Below, piece after piece: positions 1 to 13,685 of a stretch of DNA of 64,000 nucleotides. Position 1 is the stretch's first letter. Each line of letters starts with the position of its first letter. The stretch comes from Octopus bimaculoides. Lineage: Eukaryota. The stretch lies in assembly GCF_001194135.2 (NCBI RefSeq), contig NC_068985.1, forward strand, positions 921,479-985,478, read 5' to 3'. The position numbers and the translations under genes are program-made. Below the pieces are notes generated by a model. That model was not told the DNA's origin, made no database searches, and saw only the letters and a list, made by a program, of their open reading frames with translations.

Positions 1-17
1 TTCTGCTTCTGAAGGCT

Positions 18-236
18 GTGTGCTGGCAGAAACAATGGAATACTGGGCAAAAAGAATGCTCAACAGTATTTTGTTTGTCTTATGCTCTGAGTTCAAATTC
101 TGCCAAGTTTGACTTTGCTATTCATCCTTTTGAGGTTGATAAAACAAGTACCATTTTGTACGCTGTGGTTGATATAATCGACTTATCTTCTCCCCGCAAA
201 TTTCTGGCCTTGTGCCATAATTTGAAACCAATATTG
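18..236 (+). mobile_element. tRNA-derived SINE, family B, near full length
   Basis: Head GCTGGCAGAA...CTGAGTTCAAATTCTGCC (B-box-like), conserved centre TTCATCCTTTTGAGGTTGATAAAACAAGTACC, 3' end GGCCTTGTGCCATAATTTGAAACCAATA; same layout recurs inverted at ~5.6, 40.9 and 48.7 kb. Confidence 0.75.
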
Positions 237-3200
237 CTATCAAAAATACATTGTGGTCTGTTGATTTGTTGCATGAAAAAATATTCAATTGTAACGTCTC
301 CAATATACTCTGATGTATGTACATACACGCATACATACGCCTATATGCACACACACACACACACGCACACACTCGTATGTATGTATGTATGCATGTATAT
401 GTGTGTGTGTGTGTGTGTGTGTTGGTGTCTCATATAATATTCTCTCTCTCTTTGTTTATATTGTCATTACAGCACATATTTTCTTCCACCTGAATATAGG
501 GTTGTTTAGAAGAGAGATAATCAAGCAGCTATCTCTTCTTCCTGTTTTATATTCACATGGTTTATTTCCATATATAGGAAATTGTTCTGGACAGATTCCA
601 TTCCAATGTCATATGAATATGTTATTATCAGGTCAAAATGTTTCTTGGCTTTATAGATGTTGTTGCAATGAATTTTTAGGTCATAGGAAAGAAGCCGAGA
701 GTAATATTGATTTTCATTGGATGAAAGTCAGTGTATATATATATTGGCCCACTATAATAGAGAGGTAAAATGGTTTACATCTAGAATGATCTGTGGCAGT
801 GAGAAGGAGGCAATCCTTTTGAATATTTCTTTGAAGAATCTGATTGCATTGGTGACTTTTATTTTTTGAATTTAGTAGTTGCTGAGGAATTTGTCAATCT
901 CAGAACTTTGTGACAAGTGTTCTTGGAATTTTTATACGATGCTTTTTGCAGTGGAATAATACTGTTACATACAGTGCTTGTAAGTAGAACCTGCTTAATG
1001 TATAAACTTAATATTCTACCTGCTTAATGTAAGAGCCAAAGTTCTTTTAACTATCTCTGGAATGTGACCCACATATAAAAAGACATCTTAGTATGTAACA
1101 GCAAATCTGGTGAAGTCACTACCAGAATGACAATGAAATTATTAGGTTCAAACAGTTGTAACATTTCTCTGATATTATTACGTCACAGGACATAGTTTTA
1201 TATTTATAAATATGGTAGAGTGTCACGTTTGCAACTGAATGAGTTGAAGAAATTTGACAGACTGAGATTGAGCAAAAAACTCTGTAGAGAAAACATCCTC
1301 TCTTGAGATGTTAAAAAAAAAAAATCCCAAAAAACTAAAATCAAAGAAGAAAACTTAAAAGTTTTGATCAAAACTTTTAGGCAATGTAGATAGGTTGGAG
1401 TAGGTTTAGCATTTTATTGTCAACTGGAGAAAGCAAAGAACATGTTTCAAGCTTGTTAGACCTCCTTAACAAAGATTTGAGTGATCAGTATGTGTGTGTG
1501 TGTGTATGTGTGTGTGTGTGTGTGTATGTGTGTGTGTGTGTGTGTGTATGTGTGTGTATGTGTGTGTGTATGTGTGTATGTGTGTGTGTGTNNNNNNNNN
1601 NNNNNNNNNNNNNNNNNNNNNNNNNNNNNNNNNNNNNNNNNNNNNNNNNNNNNNNNNNNNNNNNNNNNNNNNNNNNNNNNNNNNNNNNNNNNNNNNNNNN
1701 NNNNNNNNNNNNNNNNNNNNNNNNNNNNNNNNNNNNNNNNNNNNNNNNNNNNNNNNNNNNNNNNNNNNNNNNNNNNNNNNNNNNNNNNNNNNNNNNNNNN
1801 NNNNNNNNNNNNNNNNNNNNNNNNNNNNNNNNNNNNNNNNNNNNNNNNNNNNNNNNNNNNNNNNNNNNNNNNNNNNNNNNNNNNNNNNNNNNNNNNNNNN
1901 NNNNNNNNNNNNNNNNNNNNNNNNTAAGAGAGAGAAATGAAAGAGTAATAGAGTACATATATCAAGTACAGACATGATTAGTCACTAAGCTGTCTTTAAA
2001 TATGAGTTAGAGACAAGCAGCAGCTAAATTGAAACAAACTGGAGGTACATTCCAGAGGAGGAGGAGGAGGAGGAGGAGGAGGAGGTAGTTAAAGCAAGTG
2101 ATATAAGCACAGAGTGGACTGGTGTTTGTAAGGGTAGGCAGTAGGAACTTTGGTTGCCCATACTTGATCATATACTGGTGGGGAGAGGGGAGTTGCAGGA
2201 AGAGATAGTTACTGGTAAGATAAAAGGGTATGCATATGTGTGTGTGTGTGTATGCGTGTGTGTGTGTGTGTGTGTATACATTTGTATGTTTGTATTTGCA
2301 TGCACACATGTTTGTTTGTTTATATGGCTACACCCATACCCATGTCTGCGTGTATATATGTATGTGTGTGTGTATATGCATGTACATATGCGTGTGTGTG
2401 TACGCTTGTATATGTATTTCCCTCTACGAAATTTAAACGTTTGAAAACAACAAATTCTAATGGAATTAGTCTCTGGATGATACAGACAATCCAAATCAGA
2501 ATGGATTTGGAATTTTGTGGCTAAGTGATAATACCAAAAGACTTGTTTTGCTTTAATTAGACATCATTAATGAAGAATAACCAACAGTTTGATTGCTTTA
2601 AACCCAATTAGAAAGTATTTCTATTCACCTGTTGCTTGAATAATCTCAGCTGAGTGAAGTTTTTCATCTCACAACATTACATATGTGCAAGGCACTCTTA
2701 TATTTGTATTTCATATGCAATTTACTTCCCTGAAGTATTTCTCTCAACCAGAGAATTGTAGTTATATAAGCAAGAAAGATTGTAGAAGAAATGCGCCACT
2801 CATCTGCTTGTTTGTCAGTGATTATTATAAGAGATCAAGCACAATGCTAGAGAAGCTGGCTATGAGACCTCTTTGCCTTTGTTATCTATCAGTTTCTTTA
2901 TTTTAAAGTAACAGATGCTCTAATACTGTAACTTGCAGGTGGCCAGGTTGATTAGCTGCTTGCTTATTGTCCAGAGAGATGACAGTTTAAGCTTGTCAAG
3001 AGGACAGTAATTTGTCTTGGGTAGTGTTACTTAATTATCACTGATCCAACCATTGAGTGACCTTAGATATGCTCAGTAAATATCAACAGTCGTTAAAATT
3101 AATTTGTGATTTTGTAAGCTAAAGTAATTCCCTCGTGATCCTGGGAGCGGCAACAAGAAAGCTTTTACTTCTTTTAATCAACTTTTATCAAAAATAAAAT

Positions 3201-3401
3201 CCACAGTGACCTCCAATAACACAACAGTAATATAATATGTCGTTAACTTTTTGGTTTTCTTTTCAGACTCAGACAAACTTGTTAATCATTCTAATCTTTG
3301 ATAGTTTTACCTTCCATTAAATAATATTTTCAGATATGTTAGAATTGTATAGTGACGTCCAGGTTATAGATACATGGTAACAATTTTGAGGTTTAATAGA
3401 G

Positions 3402-3826
3402 TCTTCTATCTTTTACTTTTTCAGTCACAAGAATGTGGCCATGCTGGAGCACTGCCTTGAAGCATTTTTTAGTCATGTGAATCGACCTCAGTACTTACCT
3501 TTTCTTTAAGTCAGTTACTTGTTCTATCAGTTCTTTTGTTGAACCACTAAGTTATGGGGTTGTAAACACACCAACAATGGTTGTTAAGCATTGATGGAGG
3601 ACAAACACAGACACAAAGACGTCTACACACACACACACACACACACACACATTTATATATATATATGACAGGCTTCCTTCTGTTTCCATCTATGAAATCC
3701 ACTCAGAAGGCTTTGGTCAGCCTGAGGGTACAGTAGAAGACACCTAAGGTGCCACACAGTGAGACTGAACCCGGAACCATGTAACTGGGAAGCAAACTTC
3801 TTAATGGTGCAGCCATACCTGCACCT
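3402..3826 (-). mobile_element. tRNA-derived SINE, family A, full length with internal (CA)n/(TA)n microsatellite
   Basis: Minus strand begins AGGTGCAGGTATGGCTGC..AAGAAGTTTGCTTCCC..GGTTCCGGGTTCAGTCTCACTG and ends CCAGCATGGCCACA..GACTGAAAAGTAAAAGATA; homologous to 15635-16092 and 49063-49370. Confidence 0.8.
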
Positions 3827-4520
3827 ATATGCATGGACCCCAGAACAGGGGGTGCTGGGGGTACGCTTGCATTCCCTAAAATGTTTGTGGAGTACAAAAT
3901 CAAAATTTTCACCCCTACTTACTTTCCTTGGGTTTAGCAAGCATGAGTAAAAATGGTGATCTGTAAAAAGTACCTTGAATTTGGTTTCTTCTCAAAGAAC
4001 AAAGAACATAAATAAATAAATAAATAAAACGTGAGCTTATTTCTAAACATTTTGGGGCCTGGGTTTACACTCACTCAGTAAATTTCATTACTGAGCCAGT
4101 GCCTGTAAGTAGATATTTTCGAGATTTAATGGTGTGTCATTAATATTATTATAAAATACGTTTTAAGAGGCTGTCATAACTTCGTTCTGGTGTCATTGCT
4201 TCGGTTTCAAAATGCAATCACAGATCAAATCTTAATAAACAAATTCAACAACAAAACAATATTTATTAGTGAAGCTAGCTTTGTAGAATATTGATGGCTT
4301 AATGCTGTCATGAATTTACTATTAGTTAGGGTGCTTTGATCATTTTGTTTTTACATAATTGATTACTTTTCACCAACCTCAAATAATGAGTAATTTAACG
4401 AGCCAATGATGGAATTTCTAACTTACTAAAAACGACTTGCCAAATCTCTTTCTAATCACACCATCTTTACACTATCTTTAGAAAGGAAGGATATATTGGA
4501 CAAAATAATCATTGCTAAGC

Positions 4521-4558
<38 letters not shown>

Positions 4559-4642
4559 CAAAACAAGATATTCATGGCTTAAATATGTTTGATCATAGTT
4601 GTAAACAACAACAACAACGACAATATTTTGGTTAATGTGTAA

Positions 4643-4862
4643 CTGTTTAGAATTTAAACTGCTCATATGTAACCAAAATATTTTACCTATTTTATGCTCA
4701 AACCTACCAGATCTGGCGTCTCACACCTATCCTACAATGTCATTCTGAAAATGAACAATCATACCATTGAAATCTCGAAGCTATGAGATAACACATGATT
4801 AATTCGAAACAATGTAAATAAACAAGGATCACATTTAACAGAGGAATCTAGATGCTAAAGGG
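4643..4862. mobile_element. piggyBac-like MITE (degenerate left TIR)
   Basis: Right end ATGCTAAAGGG followed by TTAA; left end GTAA-CTGTTTAGAATTT is a decayed TTAA-CCCTTTAGCAT. Confidence 0.55.
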
Positions 4863-5542
4863 TTAAATATGTTACACATGTCTATTAACAATACATGTAC
4901 CTATGGCTTTTGTGATGTAGTTTTAAATGCCCAATACTTTGGAGATTAAGTTGAAGAGTAAATGTTTCTAGTGTTTGGGGAAAGAATTGCTAAAGCATCT
5001 GGCAGGTGGTTTTATATTATGAGATAAAACCCTGCCAAAGAAAACTTCATCTTATCCCTTCAGGAGTTGGAGAGATTAAAGTAGAAGTCAGATTGTGAGG
5101 TTGATATAAAGTAGCAAATATCAACCCAAGGAATTTTACGAATTTCTGCCTGTCTCAGAGTTGCAATAAAACTGTGTCAGTGACCAGGTCACAGCTGTAT
5201 GACAAAAGGTTTGAGATTTCCTCAAATAAATTTGAAGTTTATTGAAACAGTTTTGTTTGTTATTAAGCAACTGAAATGACATGTGATGTAATTGCTTCAG
5301 TTTGAACACACAATCTCCGAGTAAGTAGCTTGCTAGGCAACAATGATTCTGAAATCAAAAACCATTATTGTTTCAAAATTAAATCTAAGGCCCCATGGCT
5401 ATGTGATTAAAAGGTTCACTTGAAAATCACTGATCTCTGGGTTGATTTCTTTGACATGAGTTTTCTACCATGATTCAGACCAAACTATACTCTTATGAAT
5501 GAACTTGAGTAGACGTCCATCAGATGAACTGTGTATGTAAAC

Positions 5543-5757
5543 TTGCTTTGAAATTTTGGCAGAAAGCCAGTAATTTCAGGAGAGAGTAAGTTGATCACAT
5601 CGATCTTAGTGCTCAGGTACATATTTTATCACTTTCAAAAGAAAAACAGGCAAAGTCGACCTCAACTGAATTTGAACTCAGAATGTAAAGATGGACGAAA
5701 ATAAAATACCACTAAACATTTTACCTGGCATGTTAACACTTCTGCCAGCTCAACACC
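5543..5757 (-). mobile_element. SINE family B copy
   Basis: GGCAAAGTCGACCTCAACTGAATTTGAACTCAGAATGTAAAG...TTCTGCCAGCTC matches the reverse complement of the copy at 18-236. Confidence 0.7.
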
Positions 5758-5930
5758 TTCGAGTTCTATCAGTAAATTCGAAGGTCAAACATTGTGACAT
5801 TCTGAGGCACATTAATTGTACCTGAGGATTGTTAGAGGTATAAATCTCTATGGAATGCCCTGTTTTGCTATAATCCAGTGATTAGGGTAACTTCATTCAT
5901 CAAACAACTGGAACATTTGTTCATCAAATT

Positions 5931-5937
<7 letters not shown>

Positions 5938-6015
<78 letters not shown>
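5938..6015. repeat. (GA)n microsatellite
   Basis: Pure GA repeat of about 78 bp. Confidence 0.98.
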
Positions 6016-6018
<3 letters not shown>

Positions 6019-7356
6019 ATTAAATTCTTCTAGAAACTCATCTGACATTTGTTAAGACTATAAAGAGAATTATGCTTCTACTTGCTTTATTAATGTTGTT
6101 CTCTGTTGAAATTGTCAATGATGCAGTATTTTTGAGTGGAAATAATTGCTTTTGTTATATAAAAGTCTTTTTTCCTTGCATTTATTGAAGAAAACAGTAA
6201 ATAAAAATACCAAGAATAAAGAGACAGGTAATGGCTTGGAAAACATATTCACTAAATATTGGCAAACTGTCTCATAGTACTGGGTGCTATGTGTGTTATG
6301 TTTTTCATGTGGATGTGTGTGTGTGTGCATGTGCGTCTGTGCATATACATATATATATATATATATATGCATACAAGTATGCATGTGTATGTGTTTTTGT
6401 AAGTATATTAAGCTATACATGTCTACAACAAAGATCATGCTCTACACTGCTTGGTTTCTTGCTGAGGATGGACCAGTTACTCTCTTATACTCATAATGCA
6501 AGCATATATAATATAATATATAACATGATATTATATACATATATATATATATATACGCACACACACAAGCACACACACACTCATACACACTCATATATAT
6601 ATATAATATATACGCACATATATTTATATATATTATATGTGTATACATATATACATACATACACACACACACACATATGCACACACGCATACACATGCAC
6701 ACACACATGTACACACACACACACATGCACACACACACACACACATGCACACATTCATATGAAAGAAGACCAAGTATGAAAGGTTGTCTATAAGATGTTT
6801 AATTACATCACCTTAAATGCAATTCATTAGCATAAAAGGTGATTATTGATGGCATAGTGTAAATTTACAAATTACACAATCCACACTTGCTGCTAAACTG
6901 TCAGAAATGTGTAAGTTTACACACCATTCTCATACACAAATCCATACACCCACATTTTTCAAAACATTTTTGGCTCCATTCTTATGTTCTAGTCACTGAA
7001 TGCTCAATATGCTAAGATAGAGCTACAACAATATAATTTGGAAGAATACACATGAAAAATATATTAGGAGGCACAAATATTAATTACCAGAATAAAATTT
7101 AAACTCTACCCCAGGTATATTATGTTTCAATTTCATTTTTCAATCCCTTCAATGAGGAGAAAGAATTCAGTTTCTATCATATTCCTATATAAACAGCTTT
7201 AGACTGTTCCATGTTTTTGGAGGAGAGGGTGTAAGGAGGTTATTATATGAACCACTGTTGTCACTTGACTATTGAATCATGGAGGATAATCATATGTATA
7301 TATATATGTGTATAAATGCATGTGTGTATGTGTGTGTGCGTAAAGTCTGTCATACC

Positions 7357-7396
7357 GGCCATGACGAAGGGAAATAGCCCTGAAACTCGAGTCGCC
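7357..7396 (+). ncRNA. Minimal type I hammerhead-ribozyme-like motif (Penelope pLTR type), variant core
   Basis: GGC-C(A)TGACGA-AGGG/AAATAG/CCCT-GAAA-C-TCGA-GTC-GCC: stem II 4 bp, palindromic helix III, GTC triplet, stem I GGC/GCC; followed by an AT/T-rich tail. Confidence 0.6.
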
Positions 7397-8215
7397 TTTA
7401 TATATATATATTTATATTTATATATTTATATATTTGATCCTTTATATTGAACACTCAATATTTCATCTACATTCAATACTTTCTTTCATGGTGCCATCCA
7501 TTTTTATTTTATTTTATTTTATATTGTATATTGTATATCATATTATATATTGTATATTCCATATTCTATACCCCACATTAGTTCTGCAGGAATATAAATA
7601 AAACATAAAAAACAGACAGTGTTGGAACTCTTTTAAGCAAAATAATATATTCCTCTATANNNNNNNNNNNNNNNNNNNNNNNNNNNNNNNNNNNNNNNNN
7701 NNNNNNNNNNNNNNNNNNNNNNNNNNNNNNNNNNNNNNNNNNNNNNNNNNNNNNNNNNNNNNNNNNNNNNNNNNNNNNNNNNNNNNNNNNNNNNNNNNNN
7801 NNNNNNNNNNNNNNNNNNNNNNNNNNNNNNNNNNNNNNNNNNNNNNNNNNNNNNNNNNNNNNNNNNNNNNNNNNNNNNNNNNNNNNNNNNNNNNNNNNNN
7901 NNNNNNNNNNNNNNNNNNNNNNNNNNNNNNNNNNNNNNNNNNNNNNNNNNNNNNNNNNNNNNNNNNNNNNNNNNNNNNNNNNNNNNNNNNNNNNNNNNNN
8001 NNNNNNNNNNNNNNNNNNNNNNNNNNNNNNNNNNNNNNNNNNNNNNNNNNNNNNNNNNNNNNNNNNNNNNNNNNNNNNNNNNNNNNNNNNNNNNNNNNNN
8101 NNNNNNNNNNNNNNNNNNNNNNNNNNNNNNNNNNNNNNNNNNNNNNNNNNNNNNNNNNNNNNNNNNNNNNNNNNNNNNNNNNNNNNNNNNNNNNNNNNNN
8201 NNNNNNNNNNNNNNN

Positions 8216-8274
<59 letters not shown>

Positions 8275-9686
8275 CACATACATGTGCACCTATACATGTA
8301 TGTGTATATATGATGCATATATGAGAGAGAGAAAGAGAGAGGAAGAGAGAGAGAGAGAGAAAGAAAGAGAGAGAAAGAGAGAGAGAGAGAAAGAAAGAGA
8401 GAGGAAGAGAGAGAGAGAAAGAGAGAGAGAGAGGATGAGAGAGAGAGAGAGAGAAAGAGAGAGTGAGAGATGTATGTGTCCTTGTGTTGTATATGGAGTT
8501 TAGGTATTGTATATGTAAGTCGTTTTCAGCCAGAATAAAATAGGAGACACTAATATGTAAGAGCTGAGACTCCTTCTTTCCCAAATGTCACTAATGACAT
8601 CATTAAGAAACTATAAGAGGATAAAGCTCTTAATAAAATGTAGAGAGATCATCAGATGAGCTGCTGCTGTTGTGGCCTTGTTTGTTTGAACTTCATTGAT
8701 ACTTACACCTGAGATCCAAAACTATTGAAAAAGATAAAAATGTCTGTAACTCAATAAGACTGAGAAAAGATTTTCTTCAATGCCGAGACATTGAACGTTT
8801 CATATTTCATTTTCATTTTTCCTTGTATTTGGATTAAGTAAAACAAAGAAAAGATGATTCGTGAATTTCACTAATCTTCAGCATATTACAAAAATAAATT
8901 AAAATAGAATAAAAACAAATTATCAAAGAAACCATCGTGGAACGCAGATGGCAACATCCAAATCTGATTAGAGACTACTAACGGCTGTGTAGTTGAAGTC
9001 TCTGCAGACAGGATTAAGAATTGTGATGAAGGCATCAGTGAGTATGTGAGTTCACATCACTGCTATGTTATATGGTTGTCATAGCATCCTGTCCTGCTGA
9101 CAGAATTGCTGCTGCTGCTGTTGCTGTTGTTGTTGTTGTTTAGATGCTGGTCAGTTCTGGCCCAAAAGAGATCATTGCATCTTTTTGTACAACAGGGACT
9201 GCATTGCATGGTGTCTTCTTTATTTATGATAGTAAGACATGATTCAATAAAGATTCAACTGCCATTTCAAGCAAGTCAAGTAACTCTCTAGAGACAATCT
9301 CAAGGTATCTGTTGGAGTAACATTGCTTTTACAGGTAAACACCATTTTTTCTAGAGACAACCCAACCCTGACAAGTTCGACTTCCCTTCATTTCTTACAC
9401 TGTAAAAGAAGGGCCACATACATTTCATGGTTGATTGCTTAACAGAAGAAAATTTATTCTCATTAAATGGTCATAGGCTGTGACAAGCAGTGTTTAGTTT
9501 GGGGGGAGCTTTCAAAGTGCTGTTCCAGCTGCTGTCTTGTTTCATTCTGGAATAACAAAGATTGGCAGGTCAGCTTATTAGATGAATAATAATGACATAC
9601 TACAATTACAATAATCTAGGACAGTTATAACAGCCTCTTCTTAAAAGGATCTCAAAAGTTCAAGAATACACCTCACATATCTGTGC

Positions 9687-9687
<1 letters not shown>

Positions 9688-9783
<96 letters not shown>

Positions 9784-9790
9784 TGTGCAT
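9688..9790. repeat. (TG)n microsatellite
   Basis: Near-pure TG run; representative of dozens in the window. Confidence 0.98.
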
Positions 9791-11506
9791 GTGTTTGAGT
9801 GTACCCTTATCCTGACATTGTGTGATGACTGTAAACAAGTCTAGAAGTGATGTTGCTTGTTTTCAGTCTTCCATAACAAACATGCCTGATCATGAGAAAA
9901 TATTACCTAACCCTCACCTGGGAAACAAGGAAGAGTTAGTGACAGGAAAGGCATCCAACCTTAAAATATCTGCCTTAATGAATTCCATGAAAGCTTAGAA
10001 AAAAAGTGGATGTTAAATGATGATGATGTTGATGATGATGTGTGAGAACACTGGAACCAGTAAAAGTATTTAGTATTTCTTCTCAAAGACAGTCTTGATA
10101 CCTTCTCCATATAATCTTACAGTAAACAACATATTTTAATCTCACAGAGGATTAGATTTAAAATTCACCCATCAATGTTTTATTTAAACAGTGGGAAAGC
10201 AATCGTTTACCACAATTTATCACATTTACTTGCTAATCACTTTACAGCTGCTAAAATAGTTTTTACTGCAAGTTTAATGAATTTGTGTGAAAAAGCTCAG
10301 GTCTTACATATTCCTGTTACATAATAAACTGCAAACTGAATTCAGAAAGAACAAGTGACATTAAAATTGGTGATTACACCATGATTTTTGCTAAATTTCT
10401 GGTTTTGGTAAGAAGTATTTGAAGGATAATATTTTGTAATTAGTTGAACATTGCAAAAGGAAAAAAAAGAAAAGAAAAAAACTGTATACGTGTTAAAATA
10501 TTAGAGAGAAAAAAAGACAATGTTTTATCAAATTTAAACAAATAATGTTGAGAAGTTTTGTTGTTTTCCATTGCTTTTCTCTATTAGTGTGTTCTATTTG
10601 TAGATCCAGGGGAAAAAAAAAAAGAAGCCAAATGATTCTTGGTTGCGCTTTCCTCTTATGATTCTGTTTGTTATGGAACTTGTTTATTTTCTACCAAGAT
10701 GAAGTTTTCTGTTCCGATTTCTTAAACAACTTTTATTGTACAAAGTTTTTCTCAGCTTTTATCGTTTCATATTTTCTTTAGTAAGTTTTCATAAAAATTT
10801 TTGGATTTACAGGAGAAGAAAATGTTAGAAAGCAACTAAACTGATTAAACAGGCTGCATGAAACTGATATTTGCTGCTAAGCAGAGACATTTTCTAGTTG
10901 AATGAACACCAAAGAACACCAGAAAATACCATTTCTAAGGAAAATGCATACATGTCCTTTCTGCCTGAAGACAGAAACCTAAGAACTTTGTGCATGTCCA
11001 TTGGAAAAATGATATGTTTGTTATTAGATATACTCAACCACATTCTGATTTCTCTTTCTTTACTTTGAACAAAATCTAAAGAATTAGGATAATAAGAAAA
11101 TCATGAAGGAAAAAGAAGGGAAGAAGCAAACATGGTAGGAGATTGCTTTTCAATCAATTACATTGTAGAAAATGGATCGTAGCCTGCCACAATTCCTCTT
11201 TGTAATGCAGCAAGGTCACCATAATACCCTGAGGTTGCTGTCAGTGATAGCATGTAAGAAATTTTCTAACTGCAAAGCATGGCCAAACTTGTGATAATAA
11301 TGGATCTATTTTGATAGACAGCATGGAAATATTTTCTTTACATTACAGATACAAAATAGATTGTTTCTAAACCTTAGTAATTTGTAGTGAAGACTTACAG
11401 ATGCTGTTTGACATCCATGTCTGCTAATCTTCATTATCTCTTTTTCTCTATGTCCACACACGCACACACACAGAGACACACATACACACACAGTCACACA
11501 CACAGT

Positions 11507-11538
<32 letters not shown>

Positions 11539-12062
11539 CACACAGTCATACACACACACACACACAATGGACTAACTTCACCAGATTTTCAAAGATTATA
11601 CCAGTTAAACATTGCCATTAGTTTAGTTAACATCTGATCTGTAACTTCCCACCATCGCTTTATTGTTAATTGTTCTGTACTTTATGATTAAACATTTTCC
11701 TCGTGCTCTACTTTAAAATTAACTATTTTCCTTCTGATATATGTATTGACATTATTTTTGCAAAATTACCAATGTTCTTCCTATTCTCTGATGCTTTGCT
11801 TTTGTTTATATTTCACTTATTTTTCCCTCGAATTTCCCACTTTTCCCCCTTTTTCCAATGACATTTCTTACCACTTTACTTCCTCGTTTCTAATCCAATT
11901 GCTTTGTATTTTATGAGATCAGTAACATCCACCTTCTATGAGTGGCCCTTTATTTACTCAATAACATAAAATGGATTTCAATTAATCATATAAAGAACAG
12001 AGTTTCTTTTGATAGCATTGTCTTTTCAGTACAGCACTGTATCCAGTTCATACAACTAAAGT

Positions 12063-12132
12063 CAGGGCCAGCCTTAAGAGGTGCAGGGCCCAACTGGGAG
12101 CAATTGGTCCAATCAGCTTGAGGCCGGCCCTG
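12063..12132. mobile_element. 70-bp hAT-like mini-MITE
   Basis: TIRs CAGGGCCAGCCTTAA / TTGAGGCCGGCCCTG; flanking 8-mers ACTAAAGT and ACCAAAGC match 6/8, consistent with an 8-bp TSD. Confidence 0.65.
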
Positions 12133-12220
12133 ACCAAAGCAGTTTTAAAACTAATGAAAACCAAAGCATTGACTTTCTCAACTAAAAGTGATTGCAACCA
12201 TGACAGTAAATAGAAGTCAT

Positions 12221-12297
12221 CATCATCGTTTAACGTCTGCTTTCCATGCTAGCATGGGTTGGACGATTTGACTGGGGACTGGCAAATCAGATGGCTG
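12221..12297 (-). mobile_element. Short RTE LINE 3'-end fragment with (GAT)n tail
   Basis: CATCATCATCGTTTAACGTCTGCTTTCCATGCTAGCATGGGTTGGAC, the reverse complement of the RTE 3' terminus seen at 47.8 kb. Confidence 0.8.
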
Positions 12298-12479
12298 TCT
12301 TTCTCTAAACCTACAAAAACAATATCACTGAATCACTTCTTCAGGAGTTGTCATATCAAAAACCCTGTAATCAATGTTATTCTCATTCCTAGATTCTCAT
12401 ATCTAAAGTCTATGAATACTTATTTTATTATAATTCTAGGAAGAGAAATTCATACTTGCTGAAAATATTTTCATAAGCA

Positions 12480-12775
12480 CCACCGTGCCAGTGGTACGTA
12501 AAAAGCACCATGCAAGCATGGCCGATGCCAGTACTGCCTGACTGGCCCTCATATCGGTGGCACATAAAAAGCACCCACTACACTCTCGGAGTGGTTGACA
12601 TTAGGAAGGGCATCCAGCTGTAGAAATATTGCCAGATCGGATTGGAGCCTGGTGCAGCCTCCTGGCTTGCCAGCACCCCCTCAAACTGTCCAACCCATGC
12701 CAACATGGAAAGCAGACGTTAAATGTCGACGATGATGAAGACGACGACGGCGACGATGATGATGATGATGATGAC
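12480..12775 (+). mobile_element. RTE LINE 3' UTR copy with (GAT/GAC)n tail
   Basis: TGGCACATAAAAAGCACCCACTACACTCTCGGAGTGGTTG..AGGAAGGGCATCCAGCTGTAGAAA..CCAACCCATGCCAACATGGAAAGCAGACGTTAAA then GAT repeats. Confidence 0.85.
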
Positions 12776-13641
12776 TTTGTACCAGGTTACAGTAAAAGAG
12801 TTTCTTATAATAATTGCTTATGTCACTGCTTTGCCATTTCTATTGTTCTGGTTGTCATCAAGCTCAACCCAAACACTTTTTGATATCTTTTTAACTCTCA
12901 AAACTAGTTTCCTGATATTTTGAAATCCATATAATTTAAAGGCAATTTGGAATACATTTTTAGAGAAAAAATTTTAATGATCCATAATTTGTTGATTTCT
13001 AATCTCTTTCTTTTGAGCCTGTGATATCTTTAATTTCAAAACGATTTGAAATCTATAATCCTCACTGTTTCTGCTCTCTAATTCCTGATATCTTTACCTC
13101 ATACATGAGCATATTAATAATCCATAATTCTTTGAATATTTTTGATAGTTCTGCAGCATCTGAGATTAATAATTTGATGATATATTTCAAGTTTATATTT
13201 CTTTGCGATATTTTTGGCTTGCAAATTGTTGCAGAGGCACATCTGTTTGGATACTTTTTATACAAAGTTTGTAACATTGATAAAAAACTTTTGAAGTTAA
13301 ATTATAAAAACACAATATTCAGAGGGAAATTGTTTGTTTACTAAAACATGTTTTTCCCCCCACATGAAAATGGTCTGATTCTTGAAAGAAACAATATTTA
13401 TTTCATGTGAGGTTAAAAAAAAAAATGGATTGCTATTTAAGTCTAAGAATCTCATAATTTATTGATAGCAGTTTGAATAAATATTTAAGCTGAAAATTAG
13501 ATTAAATTTCGAGAATATATTAAAGTGTAGGAGCATATGTTTGTGTGTGTGTATTAATACATGTATATATATATATATGTGTGTGTGCATGTGTACTCAC
13601 GTGTGTGTGTGTCTGTGTGTGTGTGTGTGTGTGTGCGTGTG

Positions 13642-13685
<44 letters not shown>

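Noticed and set aside
500-1060. Possible ancient LINE remnant on the minus strand
   Set aside because: Only scattered, frame-shifted resemblance; cannot be supported by eye.
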